This document shows, piece after piece, positions 26,695 to 34,148 of a stretch of DNA of 64,000 bases. Under the pieces are notes generated by a model that did no database searches, had not been told where the DNA came from, and was given only the letters and a program-made list of their open reading frames with translations. Source of the DNA: an uncultured Bacillota bacterium (GTDB taxonomy: Bacteria > Bacillota_I > Bacilli_A > RF39 > UBA660); contig CAMOYT010000002.1 in the NCBI GenBank assembly GCA_946630315.1, positions 562-64,561 on the forward strand. Reading direction: 5' to 3'. The stretch's first letter is position 1; each line of letters begins with the position of its first letter. Both the position numbers and the translations under genes were made by a program.

Positions 26695-27726
26695 TTATTT
26701 AAATAATTTACTAGTAGTAGACTTAATAACTATCTCTTTTAATTCTTCATTAAATAATAAGTTATAAATCTTTTCCATTTCTCTTAAATCTTTCCTCTTT
26801 TTAAATCTATTTCTAATTAATCTATTATTTAAAAATACAACTACTTCTTCTTTTAATTTATTAAGTCCTTCAGGATCCATACCACTCTTAGTATAGGCAA
26901 GTATCTTATTTAAATTAAAATATAAATTAGTAAAATCATCATCACTAAGTCCACATTCATTAAATACTTTTCTAGTATTAGTCCAATTAGGTAAATCATC
27001 TATATAGTCATGTAAAAACTCTTTATCACCTACAACTCTTCTAAGTATAATACATACTCTAACTAAAAAGTCATAAACATTACTTTTATCAATATCATCC
27101 TCACTAATTAAATGAGCATACATATCAGTAGTGCCCTCTATTAAAGCATCCTCTAGTACTGGAATTGGTTCCTTATCTTTTCTACTAGAACTAAGTCTAT
27201 GCAAAAACTCATGAGTTAAAGTATACTTTAAAAAGAACTTATAATAGTCATTTATACCAACTATATTTCCCTTTTTATCAAAATTAACAAACTCAGAATC
27301 TATTCCAATATTATTACCAACAGTAACTAACTTACCTTCAGCAATTATATCAATATCACTAACATATATATTAATATCACTAAGATTATCAATAACAAAG
27401 TCTCTACTATAACCAAACTTTTCTAAATATAAATATATATCTCTAGTAATTTCATCCTTAAACTTACTAAGTTCTAGTGGAATACCCCTCCATAATTTCT
27501 TCTTAAGTTCATTAAGCTTCTCACGTAATTCTAACATTTTATCAAAATCTTTTTCTTTATTTAAAGTCTCTAATTCTGCTGCTAATCTTCTATACTCAGA
27601 ACTTAATTTTTTTAATTCATCATTATCTAGAATATATGGAGTACTTTTAACATGATTAACTACCAAATCTTCTTCTATATCTTTAAATTGTATATTTTTA
27701 TAACTCTTAATATCATCATTATTCAT
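26695..27726 (-). CDS. hypothetical cytoplasmic protein with HExxH zinc-metalloprotease motif
   Basis: LTHEFLHRL is followed about 25 residues later by LIEGTTDMYA, a gluzincin-like third-ligand pattern. There is no signal peptide. I moved the start to Met11, 7 nt after GAGG. Confidence 0.5.
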   Translation of the reverse strand: MNNDDIKSYKNIQFKDIEEDLVVNHVKSTPYILDNDELKKLSSEYRRLAAELETLNKEKDFDKMLELREKLNELKKKLWRGIPLELSKFKDEITRDIYLYLEKFGYSRDFVIDNLSDINIYVSDIDIIAEGKLVTVGNNIGIDSEFVNFDKKGNIVGINDYYKFFLKYTLTHEFLHRLSSSRKDKEPIPVLEDALIEGTTDMYAHLISEDDIDKSNVYDFLVRVCIILRRVVGDKEFLHDYIDDLPNWTNTRKVFNECGLSDDDFTNLYFNLNKILAYTKSGMDPEGLNKLKEEVVVFLNNRLIRNRFKKRKDLREMEKIYNLLFNEELKEIVIKSTTSKLFK

Positions 27727-27801
27727 ATACATACCTCTACTATTAAAATATAACATAATATTATCTTTTACTCAATAATTAATAATGTCAACAAAAAAAG
27801 G

Positions 27802-27830
27802 TTGACAGCAACAAAATATTATGTTAGTAT
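27802..27830 (+). promoter_or_regulatory. sigma-A-type promoter
   Basis: TTGACA (27802-27807), 17-nt spacer, TAGTAT (27825-27830). Confidence 0.55.
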
Positions 27831-27861
27831 TGAAAATGAATTTGAGGAAAGGAGTGAGAAT

Positions 27862-27948
27862 ATGATTAAAACAATTATAAAATTTAACTTAAAGTATTAT
27901 GTAAATGGCTATGAGAATAGAATATTCTCACTTGTTTTTGACGCATAA
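27862..27948 (+). CDS. candidate 28-aa leader peptide (MIKTIIKFNLKYYVNGYENRIFSLVFDA)
   Basis: The SD aggagtg lies 6-7 nt upstream. The ORF ends 7 nt before the attenuator hairpin and contains the antiterminator arm. Confidence 0.45.
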   Translation: MIKTIIKFNLKYYVNGYENRIFSLVFDA

Positions 27949-27954
27949 AAAACT

Positions 27955-27985
27955 AGAGCCATTTAATGGCTCTTTTTATTTTGGA
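27955..27985 (+). terminator. intrinsic terminator acting as a candidate attenuator upstream of the ABC exporter
   Basis: agagcca (27955-27961), loop tttaa, tggctct (27967-27973), then TTTTATTTT. The upstream copy of aaatggct (27903-27910) can pair with agccattt (27957-27964). Confidence 0.6.
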
Positions 27986-27997
27986 AGGAGTGATATT

Positions 27998-29728
27998 ATG
28001 CAAAAAGCTAAAAACTTTAAAATATTATTCCATTACTTAAAGAATGATAAATTTAAAGTAATAATATATATCTTTTTAGTATTAATGACCTATCTTCCTG
28101 CATTACTAGCAGCTTACTTTTGGGGTAGAGCTGTTGAAGAGTTATTAGTAAAGAACCTATCTGGATTTATATTCTATTTAGGATTTTGGGAAGGTATTTT
28201 TATTATTTGTTACAGTCTTTTACAAATACCTAGAGATAAATTATATAATTATTTTGAAATCAAGTTCATGAATGAAGTATCTATTGATCTATATAAAAAG
28301 ATAGATAATCTACCAGCAATAGCATTTGAAGATATAGGAGTAGGAGAATTTATAAATAGACTCTATAATGACACAGATAGAGTAATGTCCCTATTAAATT
28401 CACTTATAAAACTAGTCTGTAAAGGCTTTGTCGTAATAGTAGTACTATTCTTATCATTTTATATCTCTATTATATTAGGATTAGAAATACTATTATTCGC
28501 AACTCTAATGGGTATAATAAGTTATTTCTTCTTCCCAAGAATAAAGAAGACACAAGAAAAGATCAAGAAACAATCAGATGAATATGTTAAGAACGCTACT
28601 GAAAATATCACAGGAATAAGAGAAATCAAAGCCTTAGGTATAAAGAAAAATGTCGAAAAGAATATCTTTAATGACCTAAAAAATATCTTTAAAGAAGAAA
28701 AGAATATAAGAAACTACGAAGTATTATACTTTTCTCTAAATAACTTAGCTTATTTTATTCTACAATTTATCATCCTATTAACTGCTGGTAAGTTCTTTAT
28801 AGAAGGAAAAATAGTCTATGCTCTATTTACTATGTTAGATTCATATATCTGGAGAATAGATGAAGTAGTAGAATCTATATCAGACTTTGGAGTTAACTAT
28901 AATAAAGTAACAGTATCTTTAAAAAGAATAGATGAAATAGTAAACAACAAGTTATATGAAGATGAAAAATATGGTACTAAAGAATTAAAGAATACAAAAG
29001 GAGTAATAGACTTTATAGATGTTAAATTCAAATATAAAGAAGATGAAGAATTAACACTAAAAGGTCTAAACCTAAGTCTAGTACCAAATAAAAAGATAGC
29101 TATTGTAGGACGTAGTGGTAATGGTAAAAGTACTTTATTCAATCTATTATTAAGATACTTTGATACTACATCTGGTAAGATATTAATAGATGGAATTGAT
29201 ATAAGAGATTTAAAAGAATCTTCTCTAAGAAACAATATATCTATTATTAGACAAACTCCATTTCTATTTAATATGTCTATTTTAGATAACTTTAAAATAG
29301 TAAAACCAAATGCTACTTTAAAAGAAATAAGAGAAGTATGTAAGAAATCTTATATTGATGATTATATTATGTCACTACCAAATAAATATAATACAGTAAT
29401 TGGAGAAGGTGGAGTAAACTTATCAGGAGGACAAAAACAACGACTAGCAATCGCAAGAACACTATTATTAAACACTAAAATAATATTATTCGATGAAGCT
29501 ACAAGTGCTCTTGATAATGAATCTCAAGAATATATAAAGAAGACTATCGATAACTTAGTAAAAGATCATACTGTAATAATAGTTGCTCACAGACTAAGTA
29601 CTATCGTAGATGCTGATATTATAAATGTCATAGATCAAGGTAAATTAGACTCATCTGGTACACATGAAGAATTATTAAAAAGTTCTAAAGTGTATCAAAA
29701 ACTATATACAATTGACTCAAATTCATAA
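27998..29728 (+). CDS. ABC exporter, fused six-TM permease plus ATPase (multidrug/peptide exporter type)
   Basis: Walker A GRSGNGKST, signature LSGGQKQRLAIAR, Walker B ILFDEATSALD. The start at ATG 27998 follows the SD ggaaggag; the track start at 27905 runs through the terminator hairpin. Confidence 0.85.
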   Translation: MQKAKNFKILFHYLKNDKFKVIIYIFLVLMTYLPALLAAYFWGRAVEELLVKNLSGFIFYLGFWEGIFIICYSLLQIPRDKLYNYFEIKFMNEVSIDLYKKIDNLPAIAFEDIGVGEFINRLYNDTDRVMSLLNSLIKLVCKGFVVIVVLFLSFYISIILGLEILLFATLMGIISYFFFPRIKKTQEKIKKQSDEYVKNATENITGIREIKALGIKKNVEKNIFNDLKNIFKEEKNIRNYEVLYFSLNNLAYFILQFIILLTAGKFFIEGKIVYALFTMLDSYIWRIDEVVESISDFGVNYNKVTVSLKRIDEIVNNKLYEDEKYGTKELKNTKGVIDFIDVKFKYKEDEELTLKGLNLSLVPNKKIAIVGRSGNGKSTLFNLLLRYFDTTSGKILIDGIDIRDLKESSLRNNISIIRQTPFLFNMSILDNFKIVKPNATLKEIREVCKKSYIDDYIMSLPNKYNTVIGEGGVNLSGGQKQRLAIARTLLLNTKIILFDEATSALDNESQEYIKKTIDNLVKDHTVIIVAHRLSTIVDADIINVIDQGKLDSSGTHEELLKSSKVYQKLYTIDSNS

Positions 29729-29818
29729 AATAAGTAAGTATAAACTTACTTATTTTTATTGAAAAAATAAACAAAATATGTTATAATGTAGAAGCCTTTT
29801 ATGAATTGGGGGAGAATT

Positions 29819-31183
29819 ATGAAAAAGGTTAAAATAAATAATAAATTAATAGCTCTTTTAGTAACAGGAACAATGGTAGTATCAGGTTCAGCACTATTAA
29901 ATAGAAACAATACTGATACAAACAATATTATAAGTAATAATATTGATTATGCTTATGCTAATGAGTTAGAAACAGTAACTACAAAAACAATAATAAATGT
30001 AGAATACAATCAAGAACAAGGAACAAAGACAATTACTTATGAGGTAACTGTAACAAGAGGATTACAAAATGAAACTCATATTGAAACAGAAACAGTACCT
30101 ATGGAATTAAGTGATTATGAAACAAAAGAAGTAATAACAAAAACAGATTTAAATATTAGAAAAGAGCCAAATACTGACTCAGAAATAATTACAACAGTAG
30201 GAGAAAACACTCATCTAGATAGTATTAATCTAGTAGGTGACTGGTATGAAATAATCTATAATGGAGAAAAAGCTTATGTAAAAGCTGAATATACATATGA
30301 AGCAGTAGAAAAAGATGGCTTTAGAAAGCAAACAATGAATTACCAAATAGGTGATTTAGAAATGGCCGCAACAAACTATGTAGAAGCAACAACATCAGTA
30401 AATATAAGAAGTGATGCTACTGCTGATAGTAATAAATTAGGTCTATTAAATGAAGGACAAAAGTTAGAAGTAGTAAGATTACTTACAAACGGTTGGTTTG
30501 AAGTAAAATATAATAATACATTAGCTTATGTAAATGCCGACTTTGTAAGAGAAATAACAGAAGAAAAAATACTTACACCATTTAATAAAATAGTTATGTT
30601 TGAAAATGATTCAGAAGTATATGACAACAAAGATAGAAGTACAGTAATAGACTATGTACCAACTTATGAAATAGCTTTTGTTTATGGAGAAGAAGATGAT
30701 ATGTATTTAGCTCAAGTAAATAATAGATTATCTTATATTAATAAAAGTGATGTAAGTGATTTAGATGAAAAAGTTGTAATAGTAGATTTAAGTGATCAAA
30801 ATGCTAAATTATATGATGGTAATAATGTAATAATAGATACACCAGTAGTATCAGGTAAACCATCTACTCCATCAGATATTGGATACTTTGATATTGATTT
30901 AAAACAACAAGGAGCTACTCTAGAAGGTCCTGGATATAGTTCATATGTAGACTATTGGATGCCATATAATGGTGGAGAAGGATTACATGATGCAGAATAC
31001 CATACTGACTATGATGAGAATGGTAATGCTATAAAATCTCATGGTTGGAGAAGTGCCGATGACTTTGGTGGAGACATTCACGAATATGCTGGATCTCATG
31101 GTTGTATCAACTTACCAAATGAATCAGCTCATATTATCTATGATAATGTAGAAGTAGGAACTAAAGTTTTAATAAAAAAATAA
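29819..31183 (+). CDS. L,D-transpeptidase (YkuD domain) with two SH3b-like domains
   Basis: N-terminal TM segment. Two repeats of the form LNIR..P...S..I......G..L......W.E..YNG..AYV. The C-terminal catalytic motif is GSHGCINLPNE. Confidence 0.82.
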   Translation: MKKVKINNKLIALLVTGTMVVSGSALLNRNNTDTNNIISNNIDYAYANELETVTTKTIINVEYNQEQGTKTITYEVTVTRGLQNETHIETETVPMELSDYETKEVITKTDLNIRKEPNTDSEIITTVGENTHLDSINLVGDWYEIIYNGEKAYVKAEYTYEAVEKDGFRKQTMNYQIGDLEMAATNYVEATTSVNIRSDATADSNKLGLLNEGQKLEVVRLLTNGWFEVKYNNTLAYVNADFVREITEEKILTPFNKIVMFENDSEVYDNKDRSTVIDYVPTYEIAFVYGEEDDMYLAQVNNRLSYINKSDVSDLDEKVVIVDLSDQNAKLYDGNNVIIDTPVVSGKPSTPSDIGYFDIDLKQQGATLEGPGYSSYVDYWMPYNGGEGLHDAEYHTDYDENGNAIKSHGWRSADDFGGDIHEYAGSHGCINLPNESAHIIYDNVEVGTKVLIKK

Positions 31184-31207
31184 AAGAAGCATTGCTTCTT
31201 TTTTTTA
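31176..31207. terminator. bidirectional terminator between convergent genes
   Basis: agaagc (31185-31190) pairs with gcttct (31194-31199), flanked by an A-run and a T-run. Confidence 0.6.
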
Positions 31208-31984
31208 TACTCCATAAGTTTCCCAATAAGATGATGATGCTGTATTACCTCTTTGCTCACCACGATTATATCTATCATCAGGAATTTCAAAGTCAACAGT
31301 CCATTTATAGGCAGCATCATGAGCTCCTTGAGCAGTATTAGGAACATTCTTAAGAGTTTCATAAACACCAGGATAATTATTTTCAAGTTCCCAACATAAG
31401 TACTCAACTTGCCCTTCAACAGTACTAGGATCCAAATTATTATTACTACAAAAACTATTTAAATTCTCCCAACGACTATTATGCCATTGACACAAACCAT
31501 ATGATGTACCATTGTCTCCAACAACAGTAGTATCAAAGCCAGATTCATGTTCCATATTAGCAAGAATACCACAAATAGCAGCATTATTAAATCCTTTATC
31601 TGCTAATCTATTATAAATATCATCTTTAGTAGCATCACCAGTACTAACATTACTACTAGAACCAACAGTCAAAGTACCGCCACTAATACTTAAAACCTTC
31701 TTCATAGCTTCAGTATCACCATTAATATATGCAGTAGCAGTATCATTTAAGTATGAAGAAATAGTACCAAAATTACTAACTAAACTAGTAATTTCACCAT
31801 CAACAGTACCAAAACCTTGTACACAAGAATCACAAATAGGTCCCATAAAAACAGACTCATCATTTAATTTAGATTTACAATTATTCATATCAGTCTGAAT
31901 ACTAGTTATCTTATCAGTAAAAGACTTAGTAGTACTAATTGCATCATTAAAAATACCATAATCAGATACTTTATAATCTTCCAT
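31205..31984 (-). CDS. polymorphic effector: WXG-like N-terminal module plus phage-tail-tip-lysozyme-like peptidoglycan hydrolase domain
   Basis: Residues 1-97 are shared with the two upstream genes. The C-terminus has NAAICGILANMEHESGF and SYGLCQWHNSRW, which match the tail-lysozyme family pattern. No signal peptide. Confidence 0.65.
   Translation of the reverse strand: MEDYKVSDYGIFNDAISTTKSFTDKITSIQTDMNNCKSKLNDESVFMGPICDSCVQGFGTVDGEITSLVSNFGTISSYLNDTATAYINGDTEAMKKVLSISGGTLTVGSSSNVSTGDATKDDIYNRLADKGFNNAAICGILANMEHESGFDTTVVGDNGTSYGLCQWHNSRWENLNSFCSNNNLDPSTVEGQVEYLCWELENNYPGVYETLKNVPNTAQGAHDAAYKWTVDFEIPDDRYNRGEQRGNTASSSYWETYGV
31715..31984 (-). repeat. 270-nt perfect direct repeat, copy 1 (5' end of effector gene)
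   Basis: Identical base for base to 33413-33682 when the two stretches are read side by side. A single mismatch at 31714/33412 is followed by 11 more identical nt. Confidence 0.9.
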
Positions 31985-31995
31985 AATAATCCTCC

Positions 31996-32841
31996 TTAAA
32001 TAACTGTTCCATAATTATCTACAGATGAAACGTTACTACTACTATCCCATTCTAATCCCCATCCAGAAGTATTAGGATTTCCATTAGAATTATAAACATT
32101 TCTATCAACTTCAAACTCTAAAACATTAACACTATTTCCATGAGCATGTCCATAAGTAGTATAGTTAGAATCTCCTGAACTTTTAGCATCAGCAATTACG
32201 CATGGAATAGATTCACCATTTTGGAAATTAACAGTAACATTATCACCAACGTTACCTAAAGCATTAGCAGTTGCAATTAAATAATGATCTGTTCCATCAA
32301 CATTCATAACTGCAATACCATCTTTATATCTTCCACCATCAGCAAGCCAAGCTTCATGAACAGATTTTTGGGCAGTACCATCTGCAACAGCAGTAGGAGT
32401 ACTACCACCACCAAGGTACCAACCACCTTCACCATAACATGTTACAGTATAACCAGCTTGATCAAGATCACTTGGTATCTCACAAGTAGATACTGGAGTA
32501 CCTTTATTAGCTCCAACCCCAGTACTAACTTGACCATTAGTAAGTTTAAGTACAGTTTTCATAGCCTCTGTATCACCATTAACATATGCAGTAGCTGTAT
32601 CATTTAGATATGTAGAAATAGTACCAAAATTGCTAACTAAAGTTGATAAAGCACCATCAACAGTACCAAAACCTTGTACACAGGACTCACAAATAGGTCC
32701 CATAAAAACAGATTCATCATTTAATTTGGATTTACATGTATTCATATCACTTTGAATAGTTGTAATCTTATCATTATAAGCTTTAGTAGTACTGATTGCA
32801 TCATTAAAAATGCCATAATCTGATACTTTATAATCTTCCAT
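31996..32841 (-). CDS. polymorphic effector: WXG-like N-terminal module plus unknown C-terminal domain (possibly 3D/DPBB-like)
   Basis: The N-terminal module is a diverged copy of the shared one. The C-terminus VGDNVTVNFQNGESIPCVIADAKSSGD...VNVLEFEVD is only loosely reminiscent of 3D-domain lytic enzymes. Confidence 0.55.
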   Translation of the reverse strand: MEDYKVSDYGIFNDAISTTKAYNDKITTIQSDMNTCKSKLNDESVFMGPICESCVQGFGTVDGALSTLVSNFGTISTYLNDTATAYVNGDTEAMKTVLKLTNGQVSTGVGANKGTPVSTCEIPSDLDQAGYTVTCYGEGGWYLGGGSTPTAVADGTAQKSVHEAWLADGGRYKDGIAVMNVDGTDHYLIATANALGNVGDNVTVNFQNGESIPCVIADAKSSGDSNYTTYGHAHGNSVNVLEFEVDRNVYNSNGNPNTSGWGLEWDSSSNVSSVDNYGTVI

Positions 32842-32854
32842 ATTATCACCTACT

Positions 32855-33682
32855 TTATATTAAATATCCAAATGGATCTCCTCCATTAGGAGCAAAACCT
32901 ACAAATACATAAGAAGCACCATAAGTATTATTAATAACTGTTTCTCCAGGAATATAATCACTCCTATTATTAACACTACCAGTACTGATACTATTAATAT
33001 CACTTAAACAGTCATGTTCAACAACATTAGATTCTAAATATCTATTACCATCATTAAGCACATCTTTAGCCGCATTATAATAGTCATCACCTGGATAACT
33101 ATAGCCACTTCTAGATCCTGATGCAAACCAGCCACTATTATCAACATAATCTCTAACACTACTATAATTACCTTTATTCTTCTCATATAAGTTAGCCATT
33201 AGAGATAATTCTAATTTAGCACCATCAATACTACCTTGCTCCCTCATCGCAACATAAGCAAGATGTGCTAAGTCATCATCAGATAAATTATACTTATCAC
33301 CACTAGTAACAGGTGTACTTGGATTAATAACATTTCCATCCAAAGTAACACCACCACTACCAACACTAACACTATTACCACTAAGAGCAAGAACCTTATT
33401 CATAGCTTCAGAATCACCATTAATATATGCAGTAGCAGTATCATTTAAGTATGAAGAAATAGTACCAAAATTACTAACTAAACTAGTAATTTCACCATCA
33501 ACAGTACCAAAACCTTGTACACAAGAATCACAAATAGGTCCCATAAAAACAGACTCATCATTTAATTTAGATTTACAATTATTCATATCAGTCTGAATAC
33601 TAGTTATCTTATCAGTAAAAGACTTAGTAGTACTAATTGCATCATTAAAAATACCATAATCAGATACTTTATAATCTTCCAT
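32855..33682 (-). CDS. polymorphic effector: WXG-like N-terminal module plus unknown C-terminal domain (possibly SleB/CwlJ-like hydrolase)
   Basis: The N-terminal 90 aa are identical to those of 31205-31984. The C-terminus DLAHLAYVAMREQGSIDGAKLELSLMANLYEKN...GWFAS loosely fits the Hydrolase_2 pattern. Confidence 0.55.
   Translation of the reverse strand: MEDYKVSDYGIFNDAISTTKSFTDKITSIQTDMNNCKSKLNDESVFMGPICDSCVQGFGTVDGEITSLVSNFGTISSYLNDTATAYINGDSEAMNKVLALSGNSVSVGSGGVTLDGNVINPSTPVTSGDKYNLSDDDLAHLAYVAMREQGSIDGAKLELSLMANLYEKNKGNYSSVRDYVDNSGWFASGSRSGYSYPGDDYYNAAKDVLNDGNRYLESNVVEHDCLSDINSISTGSVNNRSDYIPGETVINNTYGASYVFVGFAPNGGDPFGYLI
33413..33682 (-). repeat. 270-nt perfect direct repeat, copy 2 (5' end of effector gene)
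   Basis: Identical to 31715-31984. A third, diverged copy occupies about 32550-32841. Confidence 0.9.
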
Positions 33683-33691
33683 TTAATAACC

Positions 33692-33979
33692 TCAAATCTG
33701 CAAAGCAGCTAATTCACTTTCTAATTTTTCAATAGCTTCACTTGCAGCTTTAATAAAAGTACCTAATGCTTCCATCTCTTTAGAATTAGTTTGTGCAACT
33801 TTAATTTGTCCATCACTAGTAGATTTATAACTAGTCTTAGCAGTACCAGTCCATTGACTTAAATTACCATCAATAGTAGATGAATAACTACTAGTTGCTC
33901 CATTCATTTCTCCTGCACTATCTATTAATTGTTGTCCAATAGAAGCCACAGTTGCAAAATCACATACATATTTAGCCAT
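33692..33979 (-). CDS. WXG100 family (ESAT-6/EsxA-like) protein
   Basis: 95 aa with a helix-turn-helix layout and a central W-T-G (LSQWTGTAKTSY). SD aaaggagg upstream. Confidence 0.8.
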   Translation of the reverse strand: MAKYVCDFATVASIGQQLIDSAGEMNGATSSYSSTIDGNLSQWTGTAKTSYKSTSDGQIKVAQTNSKEMEALGTFIKAASEAIEKLESELAALQI

Positions 33980-34148
33980 ATTAAATCCTCCTTTAGGATA
34001 TATTATTCTAGATTAATTTTACCATTTTCTATCATTTAAATCATTACTTTTTTTTCATAAAATCATTATTTGACAATATTTCACAATTAACATACCTTGT
34101 TTAATAACAAACAAAATGATAAAATATAAGAGATTTTGAGGTGATATT

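Noticed and set aside
33980-34148. A search for a LexA/Cheo box (GAAC-N4-GTTC) in the uvrB upstream region, and likewise upstream of uvrA at 37378-37457.
   Set aside because: I found only fragments such as aacataccttgtt. No GAAC-N4-GTTC with one mismatch or fewer is present. I cannot support an SOS operator here from sequence alone.
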